Part shown: positions 12,025 through 23,094 of the stretch, in pieces
Layout of the letters: each line of letters opens with the position of its first letter
Numbering within the stretch: the stretch's first letter is position 1
From: Diplonema japonicum
Lineage: Eukaryota; Protista; Euglenozoa: Diplonemea
Length of the DNA stretch: 64,000 bases
Reading direction: 5' to 3'
Assembly: GCA_964019335.1 (NCBI GenBank)
Contig: OZ025683.1
Span: 310,001 to 374,000 of the forward strand
Position numbers and translations under genes: made by a program
Notes under the pieces: model-generated
What the model was told of the DNA's origin: nothing
Databases searched by the model: none
The model's input: the letters and a program-made list of their open reading frames with translations, nothing else

Positions 12025-12588
12025 ATGTACAGCCCGGGCCCCGGCCAAGGTCCGGGGAGCTACACGGTGAACATTAATATCAACGTGGGGAAGTCGAAGA
12101 AGAAAAAGAGAACCGCGACATCGGTCCCGAGAGTGAGGGAAACCATGGAGGAAACACGGCATCAGATTGTGTCAAAAGAGGCTGCGATTACGGAGCAGAT
12201 ATATGAGGGACAGCAACCTCCTTCCAACGAGACGGCCTCTTCCCCTGCTCCTGCTACAGAACCCGTTGAGCTACCCCCACCCCAACAACCACAAGTGGTT
12301 ACCATTCAGGAAGCTGACCCACAGTCTCCTGTAATCGCGCCCTCTCCAAGGGGTGTCGCCACTGTACACGTCAACCACGGTTCATCGCCTGTGTCTGCCA
12401 TACGGATTTCGAACGAGCCTTTGAGGGGTGCGTCGCCTGTGTTATTACCACCACAGCTGACTAGCGACATGGGTGCCGCCGCCAATCGTGACCTTGCTTG
12501 CGTGGCGTGCGGGACGTCTCTGTTGCTGCAGGGCTCGTTCTGCCACAACTGTGGCTGGCGGGTTCGATCTATTCACGCACAGGAATGA
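12025..12588 (+). CDS. Hypothetical protein with C-terminal zinc ribbon (CxxC...CxxC)
   Basis: AGAAATG start; CVACG...FCHNCG; shares a NININV-K-rich motif with the upstream gene. Confidence 0.7.
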   Translation: MYSPGPGQGPGSYTVNININVGKSKKKKRTATSVPRVRETMEETRHQIVSKEAAITEQIYEGQQPPSNETASSPAPATEPVELPPPQQPQVVTIQEADPQSPVIAPSPRGVATVHVNHGSSPVSAIRISNEPLRGASPVLLPPQLTSDMGAAANRDLACVACGTSLLLQGSFCHNCGWRVRSIHAQE

Positions 12589-12739
12589 CACACAAAGCCC
12601 CCTCCCCCCCCCCCCCCCCCCCCCCCCTTCCCTTCCTTTCAAATCTCTTCTGTAAACGTGTTGTTTTTATTAAAAAAAGTTATTCCAACAAACCTGTACC
12701 CTCCTTTATCATTAACGAAGGCAAAAAAAAAAAAAAAAA

Positions 12740-14860
12740 ATGTCGAAGATAGGCCCGGTCCGGATAAAAGACGCGCTTGGGAAGTTGTTCATGAAGATCC
12801 ATCCGGATCTGTTGTGGGCGGACCCTGCGAAGCGGAAACAGAACGAGGAGAGCATGCAGGGTCTGAACGAGATCCTCGCATGGGAGAAAAACCTGCGAAA
12901 GGGAAACGTGCAGCAGACCCCGCAGACCAAAGGCGTCAGCTTCTTCACAAAAGAGGGCGAAACAATGCTGCAGGCTGAGCTAAAACTACCCAATAATTTC
13001 ACACCGGAACCACACACAATCCCTCAAGCCTCCGCGGCCGTAAACAGCTTCCTGAATAAGCTTCTAATCAACGCGGAGGTTCTGGGCCCGAAGGAACAAG
13101 AGATTATCGAGAATTCAACAAGCAACCTGGAGGAATGGAAGCGGGTGTCGGAACGAAAAAAACAAACAACGGACCACGCAGCCACTGTAAGAGTGTCCGA
13201 TTACAGCTCTCAAGCAAAACCGGGTTCAAAATGGGAAGACATTAGAAAAGAACGAAGAATAATGTCAAAGTACGAAGCGATGGGCGACTTCGGTGCTGCA
13301 TTTGACGGAATGGACATTGAAATCCCAGAGGGTGCTCATGAAGCGTCGGAGCTGCCCGACCCGATTGTTGACAGCGAAGAGTTGAAGGTTCCCTTGCAGC
13401 CTATGAAGCGATTGACAAAACACAAACCGAGAGCAGTTCTGGGCCACCTCGCAGAGGACTTCAACAACATGATGAAAGAATTTTGGAAACCGGAGGACGT
13501 CCCTGACATCACAGAGCTGATCACCTCTGATCTCATCCACTATGACCAGAATGTGTCGCCTGTAGACTGTGCCAAAGCGATCGCCACCCTGCAGGAACAC
13601 CTCTCCACGCTGCGGTATGACAAATGGTACTTCGTTCCCTTGTTCATCACCACCCGCTTCGGTATTGAATCTGACCTTAAAGGGTTCATTTCGATTCCTT
13701 ATTGGTTCGAACCGAAGGATTTTCTCGAGTACGTGATATCTAATCAAGACCATATCAGGACTATTCAAGAGGAGTCGTTTGAAGATGCCAAAGGCCTCGA
13801 GCATCTTGTCAAAGAGACGCGGCAGTCCATCCCCCTCACCGATATTGTCATTCGATGCAACAAGGAGCTGGCGTCCGGTGCGATCAACACCCTCGGTTCT
13901 TGTAAAGACCTCCTCCGCGCGCATAACTGCACGGAAATGGTTTTTGAGATCATCGGCGAAGGCTGGCAGTACGGAGCCAGAGACACTGGCATCCTCCAAG
14001 TACCCTCCGATGTAACACGCGACGGTTTGAGAGAGTTCCTTGAATACCTCACCGGGACGAATCAGTTAGAACCGGTATGAACAATTTTTTATTTTTTTTA
14101 TTTTTCGATTTTTTTTTTTGTTCATAGATCAAATCGGCGTACAATGAAACGGTGCGTGTTCTCAATGAGACAGATAGGTTGACGAAGGTCTGCTACGAGG
14201 TGATCGGTCCCAAGGTGATTGACGTCGAGACAGAGGAGGCGAGCTTGGAGCACAAGTTCGAGTTCATCAAGGAGCTGTACAGCATAAGCGGGGAGCTGTC
14301 GAGGTACGACTGGCAGGACTATACTTTCTCCATGGGTAATGTAAAAAACAACAACAAATACCACAACATAATATAATAAAGGCCCGCTCGACCTTGACTG
14401 GAGCACGGGTATTCTATCACTGCCGCACAATTTCCACGGGGCAAACTTTGCGCAAACAGTGCACATGCTCCACGAACAGGACAACAAGGATGTTGATGAA
14501 ACCGGTGAGACGCCTGAGCCTGAACATCTTGAGTTGGAAATAGAGGCGAGGAGGATTAAGTCGGAGTTAATGCAAAGTGGGCTGCTTGAGCTTGACCCTG
14601 AGAAGCAGACCAAGCAACAGAAGGCTCTGCAAGACATGATAGAGAACTACGACTCACCTGAAGGCATCGAACAGTTCATTAAGGATTCCTTCCCCTCCTA
14701 CGTGCAGCAGCAGACAGAACAAACTTCTTATGATATGAACCTGCTCGCTCAGCAGCGAACAGAGCTGACAGGCTACACCGCGAAGAAGCTGCGGAGATAC
14801 TTCAAGAGCAAGTCACGACCGCGCATTGGCCCCGACCACCGTAATTGGGACTTCCTCTGA
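12740..14860 (+). CDS. TCAIM/DUF4460-like protein (J-domain-like HPD motif); introns 14075-14127 and 14336-14381
   Basis: ALGKLFMKIHPDLL...KRKQNEESMQGLN resembles DUF4460; the two GT-AG introns join three ORF-track fragments in frame. Confidence 0.75.
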
Positions 14861-14987
14861 TGAGGTTTATTTTTTCCATCAAAAGTCGTTTATTGAAAGA
14901 GAATTTAAAAAAAAAAGAAGAAAATCCCGACAAAAAAAAAAAAAATAGCGAATAAAAAAGGGGGTGGGGAGGGTGGGGATAATAATA

Positions 14988-15944
14988 ATGTCGGAGCCGC
15001 CGAAAATCCCGCAAACCCTTTGGATCGTCGCTACCGAAAGCACGGGTGAGAAACCGAAGAAAACACTGCACAGCTGCAAGCTGTCCGAGGAGATAATAGA
15101 AAATGAATTAAGCTGGCGGAGCGAGAAAGGGGGAAAAATCTTCGCCAGAGGAGGAAAATGGGTGGTAGAGGTGAACGGCAGCCACGTAGGAGAAGGCGAG
15201 AAACCTACGACAGAAGGATGGCTACCACACGAGGCAGGGTGGAACGACACATGCAGCGTGACGGAAGGGCCACCGCGGTTTGAAAACCCGTCAAGACCGG
15301 CAATTAAATTATCGTTGTGTGGGCACAAGAAGACGAATTTAAGTGAAGCACTCGACCACGCGAAGAGAGAGCTGCAAAAGCTGTCGAGGGAGAGGATGCT
15401 GGAGGCAAGAGAGCTGACTCGCGACCAAGACCATGCTCAGATGATGTTTGAAAACATTGCCGCTGTGAGGACCGAGCCTCCTGCTTTGGAGGGCCACGCT
15501 GCAGCTCGTGAGGCGTTCCAAAGAAACGCACTGGGAGGCGGTGTGCCCCAACATTACCGGGAACACCAACCTACAGCCGTCCCTCCTACAGAGGAGCATG
15601 ACGTTGTTGCCTTGATGACTGTCCCGCTGCATGCGTCGCGTGACTATGCTCTTCAACGGCAGGCCACTGCTGCCTCCCGTCAACAGGCCTTTGAAGCTGA
15701 TCTCGTGCGCTCCCTTGTTACTCCATACCGCCCCCCTCTTGCTCCTCCTAGTCAAGGTCTCAAGGGGGTCTCTGCACACCTCGCTTCTCTTCGACAGCAG
15801 TGCCACCCCCTCCATGTCGTGCCCCGTGCGTCCCCCATCGAGTCCCCCTCGCGGCCCATCCAGAACATCTCTGTCAACACCCCCATCGCCCCCAAGCCTA
15901 AGCGATGGCTTCAAAGCCCCACGCGACACCCCTCTCCTGGCTAG
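14988..15944 (+). CDS. Hypothetical protein
   Basis: 318-codon ORF from AATAATG between low-complexity spacers. Confidence 0.7.
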   Translation: MSEPPKIPQTLWIVATESTGEKPKKTLHSCKLSEEIIENELSWRSEKGGKIFARGGKWVVEVNGSHVGEGEKPTTEGWLPHEAGWNDTCSVTEGPPRFENPSRPAIKLSLCGHKKTNLSEALDHAKRELQKLSRERMLEARELTRDQDHAQMMFENIAAVRTEPPALEGHAAAREAFQRNALGGGVPQHYREHQPTAVPPTEEHDVVALMTVPLHASRDYALQRQATAASRQQAFEADLVRSLVTPYRPPLAPPSQGLKGVSAHLASLRQQCHPLHVVPRASPIESPSRPIQNISVNTPIAPKPKRWLQSPTRHPSPG

Positions 15945-16041
15945 TTTTTTCTTTTATTCTTCTTGTACCATGTTGATATTCATGTTTTGTTATTCGAGTT
16001 GATTGTTCTTTTTATAACCGCATCGCAGGTCCCCTCCGAAG

Positions 16042-17634
16042 ATGGATGTGGAGGGGGATCTGCTGGCTGGCGAGAAGGTGATGAATGCGGTGGGTGGACC
16101 GCAGGTGCAGCCGTCCGACCGGCTTGCCATTGCGGCGTGCCACTTAGCGATGGCGGCGAAGGAGCTGCCGCACGCAATCGAAGCGCAGAACATGTTGAGG
16201 GCTCTGTCGCCGGACGGAGCGGCGAATTCGATCAGAGACGCGCTGGACAGTGACGTGGCAGATCCGCTGCCCGCGCAGTTGTTGGCAAGGGCGACATATC
16301 AGTTGACGCAAGCGGCGAACCAACTGCCGCACGCTCTTGGCGCACATCAAATGCTGCAGGCACTGGAGCCCCTTGCGGCCGAGCCCCACCCTAACCACAA
16401 CTTGGATATCGATGATGTTGTGGACATGCTGAACGAAGCCGCGGACGCAGCAGAGGCAGAAGACCCGCAGATGCAGCAGACACAGGCGGGGATGCGGCAG
16501 GAACAGTTCCCGCAAGACATGTCACCCGTAGCACCCACAACACCCCTGACCGCCTCTTCCCTACCTCCTGGTGTTTTGTTCCATAGTTCCGAACTCCCTC
16601 AAGGCATCGAGGCCAACTTACCGCCGCCTCCCGCACTCCCCCCTGCCGTCCCTACATCACATTCGCCTCGGCAGCAGCAGCCTCAACAACAGCACCCTCA
16701 ACAACAGCAGCCTCAACAGCAACAGCCTGCTGCGGTTCCGTTGATGTTGCCGAAAATAGTGGTGCCCTCTTTGCCGTCTCTCACTGCCGCAAGCGAGGTC
16801 CGTAGCGCACCCAGCCCATCCCCTGCGCCGTCACGGTTGGGGGACCAGCTGCGGAATTTGGAGAGCCTGAAAACGCAGGTGTATCAGCACCAGCAGCTGC
16901 AGCAACAACAAGCACAAATCCAGCAGCAGGTTCAGATGCTGCAACAGCAGATGAGGAACTTGGGTGTGTCTCCGCAGCAAGCTGCGCCGTTCCAGTCGCC
17001 GCAAGTGAGCAAGCCGTCAAGGAACGGGATCCTGACGCCGCCCTCGAGGGAGTCGTTGCCAATGCCCACCGGAGGTCCTACTTATTCTGTGGTGCCCCCA
17101 CGGCTAGTGGCACCGGATGCGCTGGTGTATGAGAGGAGCCTGCATGGCCACCCAGTGGTGAGGGAGATCCCAGAGATACAAGACGATGAGGAGAGCCTGC
17201 CACCGGACCCCTCGGACAGGGAAGAGATGGAGTTTTATGGTGTCCCAGATGCAGGGTACGGTCGGGTGAGCCCTTTAAGAGCACGGCAGGTGAGTGCAAG
17301 TGCTACTGGTGCTGGTACGTGTGCAGGGGGTGTCGAAAACATGATGACGCGTGTGGAGCAACTGGAGCAAGACAAGTTGTTGTTGGAGCATCTTGTGGCA
17401 CAGCACCGGAGGATCAATTCCCTCCCCGCCTCTGCCATCAACAACCAAATGCTGCAGGCAATGATGACACAGATCGAAAGCCTCAAGAACAGGCTTCTCA
17501 ACGCAGCATGCAACTACGCCGCGGACGGGGGTGACCTCACCGAGACCGCCGCAGTAATGTCTGCCCACATGTCGACACGGAGAGCCACCCCTTCTTGCAC
17601 ACCGCAGGGCTACGGATACTTGGCTGGGCTGTAA
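16042..17634 (+). CDS. Hypothetical Gln/Pro-rich coiled-coil protein
   Basis: 530-aa ORF with poly-Q and coiled-coil segments. Confidence 0.75.
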   Translation: MDVEGDLLAGEKVMNAVGGPQVQPSDRLAIAACHLAMAAKELPHAIEAQNMLRALSPDGAANSIRDALDSDVADPLPAQLLARATYQLTQAANQLPHALGAHQMLQALEPLAAEPHPNHNLDIDDVVDMLNEAADAAEAEDPQMQQTQAGMRQEQFPQDMSPVAPTTPLTASSLPPGVLFHSSELPQGIEANLPPPPALPPAVPTSHSPRQQQPQQQHPQQQQPQQQQPAAVPLMLPKIVVPSLPSLTAASEVRSAPSPSPAPSRLGDQLRNLESLKTQVYQHQQLQQQQAQIQQQVQMLQQQMRNLGVSPQQAAPFQSPQVSKPSRNGILTPPSRESLPMPTGGPTYSVVPPRLVAPDALVYERSLHGHPVVREIPEIQDDEESLPPDPSDREEMEFYGVPDAGYGRVSPLRARQVSASATGAGTCAGGVENMMTRVEQLEQDKLLLEHLVAQHRRINSLPASAINNQMLQAMMTQIESLKNRLLNAACNYAADGGDLTETAAVMSAHMSTRRATPSCTPQGYGYLAGL

Positions 17635-17776
17635 GATCCCCCCCTTTTTTTTTCCAAGAACAAATACTTTGTTTCGTGTACATGTACCTTTTTTTTTCCT
17701 TCTCTTTTTTTCATTTCTCTCGTTGTATTTCTTTTTTTTTTTTTTTTTTTTTTTAGATATCAAAAGCCGTCCTTCT

Positions 17777-17821
<45 letters not shown>

Positions 17822-17841
17822 CCCTCCCTGTTCAGTATGGT

Positions 17842-19026
17842 ATGAAAGATGCCTCCGAATGGGATGAGAGCCTGAAAGCCGTCAAAGAGGAGGAAGAACA
17901 AGAAAAAGAGCGTCTCAGCTCACAGGAAAGCAAGGATGACGAGGAAGAGAGATTATGGCGGAAAAGAGTGACGGGATACTTCTGCCTGACCATGGTGGTG
18001 GTGGCGTGGGTGGGGCAAAGCGAGGTGACGCGCAGCCTGCAAGTGGACGGCGACGGGTACAACAAGCCGTTCTTCCTGTCCTGGGTGAACCACACCGTCG
18101 CGTTCGTCATGGTACCAATACAAGGCTGGTTTTCAAGATGCAGGGGTGAGCCTTTCATGCCCCCTGCATTGTCTAAAACACCTTGGACGATAGTGTTCAA
18201 AGCGATATTCCTACTATCTGTCGTGTACTTACTAGGGGACTACATCTGGTACACAGCTTTGGCGAGAACGTCGGTTGGTGTTGGGACTGCACTGTTCAAC
18301 ACTTCGTCGGTGTTTGTTTATGTGTTGTCTGTTCTGTTTTTGCGGGAAAAAGTCTGCCCACGAAAGGTCTTTGCAGTGGCAGTGGCAACCGGTGGAGTTG
18401 TGGTATTCTCAACCATCGGGGACAGCGGTGACGGAAGCGATGAAGAAACTGATATGATCGCGAATTTGCTGGTTGTCGCAGCTGCATTTTTGTACGCGGT
18501 TTATGAAGTCTATTTCAAAACGGTTACTGAAGAGTGGGAAGCCGATCAAATATCTTCCGTAAACATGATGGTAGGGTTCATTGCTATCGTCACCGGGCTC
18601 ACCTTGTGGCCCTTCATTGTCATCCTCGACGTTGTTCCCGAAGAAATTCGTGAGAACTTCACGTTGCCCTCTTCCGAGCATCTCCCTGGGATGGCGGGGT
18701 CTTCCTTGGGGGCGGTTGCTTTCAACATCTTCTTCGGGTTGTCGCTGGCCCTTCTCCGACCTGTTATAGTCTCGGTTGGTGTGATGACCACCATCCCGAT
18801 CACCGCTTTGACCGACTACCTCTTCCATGACGAACCCTTCAATATCTATCAGGGCTTAGGGGCACTTATGATTCTGACCGCGTTCATTTTGGTATGGGTG
18901 AGGGGAAAAAAAAAAAAAAAAATCCGGCAGCTCAATGACGATATCGTGGCCGCCATAAAGGATCGTTGGTACCGAGGCTCTGCACGGGGACAAGATACGA
19001 AAACAGACTATGAAGAAGTCGCTTGA
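17842..19026 (+). CDS. SLC35F-like (EamA/DMT superfamily) transporter; in-frame intron 18892-18930
   Basis: WVGQSE...YNKPFF, ALARTSVG...FVYVLSVLFLRE, about 10 TMs. The 39-nt GT...CAG intron removes a poly-K insertion. Confidence 0.85.
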   Translation: MKDASEWDESLKAVKEEEEQEKERLSSQESKDDEEERLWRKRVTGYFCLTMVVVAWVGQSEVTRSLQVDGDGYNKPFFLSWVNHTVAFVMVPIQGWFSRCRGEPFMPPALSKTPWTIVFKAIFLLSVVYLLGDYIWYTALARTSVGVGTALFNTSSVFVYVLSVLFLREKVCPRKVFAVAVATGGVVVFSTIGDSGDGSDEETDMIANLLVVAAAFLYAVYEVYFKTVTEEWEADQISSVNMMVGFIAIVTGLTLWPFIVILDVVPEEIRENFTLPSSEHLPGMAGSSLGAVAFNIFFGLSLALLRPVIVSVGVMTTIPITALTDYLFHDEPFNIYQGLGALMILTAFILVWVRGKKKKKIRQLNDDIVAAIKDRWYRGSARGQDTKTDYEEVA

Positions 19027-19116
19027 TATCCTCCCCCCCCCCCTTTTTTTTCTCCCCCCCTTCTTTTATTGCCGAGGTTTTGAAAAAAAAAGGGGGGGAG
19101 AGGGTTTAAAAAAAAA

Positions 19117-20568
19117 ATGCCCCCAGATGGGTCGAAAAACGGCCTTTTACGGTATCTCTACGAAGCGGGCCTTGTTCCTGTGTATGTGATTGCGGTCTTC
19201 CACAGCATGGCGTTGCAGATCAGCACCCCGAAGTTGTTGGTCTACGTGCAGCACATGGGGTGGCAAGACGGGTACTACATCGCAGCTTACGTGGCCGGTG
19301 TGCTGGTCCCCGTTGTCGTGAACCCCATTGCAACATGGATGCTAAGCAAGAAAGGTGTGAGATGGACATTGATTCTATGGGAATGTGTAGGTGTTGTGGG
19401 GTACATGGTAATGGTGGCCGTGGCGGAAAATATTGGATTTGTAGGAGGCTGGGCACTGTCGCAAGTACTGCTGTCCTTGCGAAGTGTCCGCCAGGCCGCA
19501 GTGGCAAAACACACACCTGACATGACTATCCGCACTTCGGCTATGGCGTTGCATTCCTTCACAAACCCTTTAGGCTCATTGATAGGGTCTCTGGTGTCAC
19601 GTCTTATTGACGCAGCTTGCGATTTATGCTCAACGACGGTTTACAAAGGGATAAAAATCAATGACTACACAATTGCTTTTTTGTCGTCGGGCGGTGTATT
19701 GGCTGCAACGATATTACTGTCCGTGTTCACGGTGGGCTCCGTCAAGAAACAAACAGAAGTTGCAACGGTAGAAGACCCCGTACAAAGCGAAGAAGAAGCA
19801 ACCGAAGACGATGTGGAATCCACGATCCTTCCAACCCTCGGATCGAACCGTTTGAATGACAACAGCGGTGCGGAGAGTTGTGCCGGGACGGACATGGAAG
19901 GCCACCGCAATGTGATGGTGACGTATGTGGATGGGAGGACGGGTGAGAGCTACGTCACAACCCCTGAGAAGTTTGTGAAGAAACAGTCGCTTTTTTTTTG
20001 GTTGGTGGTGGCGCTGGTCAATTTCAGCAGTGGGTTCTACTCGGTTACATTCCAGCCTATTTTGGTGAACGATCTCGGGTTCGGAAACTCCGGCGTTTCG
20101 AACATCTTTATCATCACCACCGCCGCCTCACTCATACCCGCCGTCACCGCTATCCCTCTCACAAAAATTTTCTCAGACCGAACCATTATGATCTCTGGGT
20201 TGTTGTTGAAATTAATTGGGATGCTTCTCTACTCCTTCCCTCCTATCAACCAGTACCGTATAATCATCGGCTTTGTGTTCATTCAAAAAGCGACGTTCTT
20301 CTTCTTCACCTGTCTCATCTCCCTCTTCACCAAAACGCTTCGTCACCGATGTGGTCAGCCGCTCGGGTATCTGCTTTCCATAACGGCCCTGACCAACCTC
20401 ATCGCCTCTGTGGTGGGGGGCACCTTCGTCAACGATCTTACCGGGACTTACTATATGCCTCTTTTAAGCCTGCCTGTGTGTTTTGCCATTCTTCTGCTTG
20501 GCTTTCCATTTGCGGAATTGGATCCCAAGTCCGCTATCGTCGAGAAAATCGCATCGATAAAAACGTGA
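19117..20568 (+). CDS. Major facilitator superfamily transporter
   Basis: Two 6-TM halves separated by an acidic loop; GSLIGS and SDR motifs. Confidence 0.8.
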   Translation: MPPDGSKNGLLRYLYEAGLVPVYVIAVFHSMALQISTPKLLVYVQHMGWQDGYYIAAYVAGVLVPVVVNPIATWMLSKKGVRWTLILWECVGVVGYMVMVAVAENIGFVGGWALSQVLLSLRSVRQAAVAKHTPDMTIRTSAMALHSFTNPLGSLIGSLVSRLIDAACDLCSTTVYKGIKINDYTIAFLSSGGVLAATILLSVFTVGSVKKQTEVATVEDPVQSEEEATEDDVESTILPTLGSNRLNDNSGAESCAGTDMEGHRNVMVTYVDGRTGESYVTTPEKFVKKQSLFFWLVVALVNFSSGFYSVTFQPILVNDLGFGNSGVSNIFIITTAASLIPAVTAIPLTKIFSDRTIMISGLLLKLIGMLLYSFPPINQYRIIIGFVFIQKATFFFFTCLISLFTKTLRHRCGQPLGYLLSITALTNLIASVVGGTFVNDLTGTYYMPLLSLPVCFAILLLGFPFAELDPKSAIVEKIASIKT

Positions 20569-20651
20569 TGGAAATAGAAAAAGAAAAAAAAAAAAAAATC
20601 CATTTCTCTCTCTCATCATTTTATATTGACAATTCCATGGAGATTGAGAAT

Positions 20652-20690
<39 letters not shown>

Positions 20691-20769
20691 CTCTTTTTTT
20701 TTTAGTATTCCGAACTTTTTTTTTGCTCTTTCCTCTGAGGAAAAAAAAAAAAAAAAAAAGAGAAAGAAA

Positions 20770-21951
20770 ATGGCTGTCCGAAACGACATCGATGAGCATG
20801 GGATGCCCTTCATCAACCTGAGCCAGTACGAAGACTACTTCGAAAGGACAATGCCGCAACCCGGGAAGACATACTGGAAGTGGTACGCCGACGGCAAGGA
20901 ACACATCACCCGCACACGCGAGGCTTACGACAACGTGTACCTGAAGCAAAGATGTCTCTGCCCAGGAGTACCCACCACTACAACCACAGTATTCGGTGAC
21001 ACAGTCAACCCCATAGGTGTGAGCCCGTCAGCATTCCACAAAGTTGCTCACGAAGAAGCAGAGGTCGCAACAGCAAGAGGTGTCGGAAAGGCAAACGGGA
21101 TATATTGCTACAACTATGTCTATGCCAACAAATCGATCGAAGAGGTGGCGAAGGAGGACGGGACGAAGTGGCTGCACATGTACCTCCACGACGACTATGA
21201 ACTACTAAAAACCGCGTTTTCAAAGGCAGAAGAGCTGAATTTCTCAGCGGTCGTGGTAACAGTAGACCACCCACACGACAGGGTAAAGAACGCAACAAAA
21301 CCACTGTTCTTAAGCATGAACTGCATGGTACCTTTAGACACACCGAACTGCAACGATGACTTCGACACAGCAAAGGCATCATGGGACATGTTCGAGTGGT
21401 ACTGCAAGGGAACCAAACTCCCTGTTGTCGCAAAAGGCATTATGTGTGTAGAGGACGCCGAGGAAGCCGTCCGTCGCGGTGCGAAGGGTATTTTTGTTAG
21501 CGGTCACGGTGGCCGTCAATTCGCGTACTCCCCCTCTACTCTAGAGGTCCTCCCTTACATCGTTAATGCGGTATCTGACAAGGTCGATGGTAACATTTTT
21601 ATCGACACTGCGATCCGTTCAGGTGGCGATGTCACAAAGGCCCTCGCACTCGGTGCCAAGGCTGCTTTTGTTGGCCGGCCCGTCCTTTATGCGTTGCATG
21701 CTGGCGGGGATGGCGCCGTTGCGGACATGATTGAGATTCTTCGTTACCAGTTGGAGTGCAACATGCAGTGTATCGGAGCGCAGTCCATTCCTGAGATAAC
21801 CGCGGATGTCATCGCCCGTGTTGCAGGGCCGCTCAGCCAGGTCCTCTCCGACACCTCTTCACACACAGCTTTAAGGATCTCCTACCTTTCCTTGTTCATC
21901 GGTGCTGTGATCGGATCCATCGTTACTCGCAGTCTGCAGAAGCGGGCATGA
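20770..21951 (+). CDS. FMN-dependent alpha-hydroxy-acid oxidase (glycolate oxidase family) with C-terminal hydrophobic anchor
   Basis: LPVVAKGI, SGHGGRQ, IRSGGDVTKALALGA...VGRP. Confidence 0.9.
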   Translation: MAVRNDIDEHGMPFINLSQYEDYFERTMPQPGKTYWKWYADGKEHITRTREAYDNVYLKQRCLCPGVPTTTTTVFGDTVNPIGVSPSAFHKVAHEEAEVATARGVGKANGIYCYNYVYANKSIEEVAKEDGTKWLHMYLHDDYELLKTAFSKAEELNFSAVVVTVDHPHDRVKNATKPLFLSMNCMVPLDTPNCNDDFDTAKASWDMFEWYCKGTKLPVVAKGIMCVEDAEEAVRRGAKGIFVSGHGGRQFAYSPSTLEVLPYIVNAVSDKVDGNIFIDTAIRSGGDVTKALALGAKAAFVGRPVLYALHAGGDGAVADMIEILRYQLECNMQCIGAQSIPEITADVIARVAGPLSQVLSDTSSHTALRISYLSLFIGAVIGSIVTRSLQKRA

Positions 21952-22352
21952 GATTTTTTTTTTTTTTTTCCCCATCACCCAGTTACACAGGCGACCGAAA
22001 AGTATTTTTTTTTTTTCGCTGGGTTGGATACGAGCATTTTAAAAATGTGGGAGGAAAAAAAGGAAAGAAAAAAAAAAAGAAAAGCCGTTCTGTGTTTTCG
22101 CACGAAGAAGGGTTGTTCGCGGTCTCAGAGTGAGTATTAAATACGTTGTCCCCGCCCATCCCCTTTATATAAAAAAAAAAGGAACGTACAGATTTCACAT
22201 GGGATGCCCATCGTATCCCTCCAAGAAAGGAAACATCCTTTTTCTCTTTAACACCCCCCCTTTTTTTCCCTCTTTTTATCTGACGTGTTTTCTCACCCAC
22301 CCCACTCCCCACGGATGTTAATAAAACCCAGCAAACCCTTCTTAACAGGGTA

Positions 22353-22919
22353 ATGATGGAGACGAAAATGGTTAGGCGGAGCGAAGCACGGGGGAACGAA
22401 GAATGCGTGGTGTTTGAAAGGGAAGAAATAACCAAGGGGAGGGGCAGGGTGGCACCGCTGACGGTATCAGTCCAGAGCAGATTTAGAAACCCAACAGCCG
22501 CAGAGTTGAGGGCAAGGAGGTACGAAGAGAGGATGGAAGACGAAAGGTACTCACTACGCCCTGAGACGAACGTTAGGATACAAGAACAGAACGCTCTGTT
22601 AAAAGAGTTAGAGACTCTGTCTGGGCAAGCGGAATTATTTAGGAGGTCTCCACAGTCCTCACGGTCCAGAGGCAGGGCAGGGAGCCCTTTCAGTATGCCT
22701 TCGCCAGGTTCGCCTGCACGACCCACTTCCTTGAAGGGTCCGCTCCCCACTCCTTCCGACATCTCGACCTCGCTCTCGGCCATCTCCGGGTCGCTGCTCA
22801 CGCTCCTCTCTCACCCCTCGCCCACAGCGCTCGCTTCCGTTGCGCTTGAAGCACAGACGAAGAGCCTTGACACAGCCCAGCAGATAGACGCAATGCTTGC
22901 AGCCATACGAAGGCACTGA
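22353..22919 (+). CDS. Hypothetical protein
   Basis: 188-aa ORF between spacers. Confidence 0.65.
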   Translation: MMETKMVRRSEARGNEECVVFEREEITKGRGRVAPLTVSVQSRFRNPTAAELRARRYEERMEDERYSLRPETNVRIQEQNALLKELETLSGQAELFRRSPQSSRSRGRAGSPFSMPSPGSPARPTSLKGPLPTPSDISTSLSAISGSLLTLLSHPSPTALASVALEAQTKSLDTAQQIDAMLAAIRRH

Positions 22920-23094
22920 TAAGATAATAACTGTACGTGTACATTTCTTCTTTTTTTTTTTGTAAACAATTTTTTTTTCTTTCGTCTTTCCTGTGTTTTT
23001 TTTTTTACCCCCTTCCTTTTTTTTTAAAAACAGTGTGAACAAGAATCCCATCCCCCCCCCCCCCCCATCAGTCCTTTTTTTTATTAAAAGGAAA

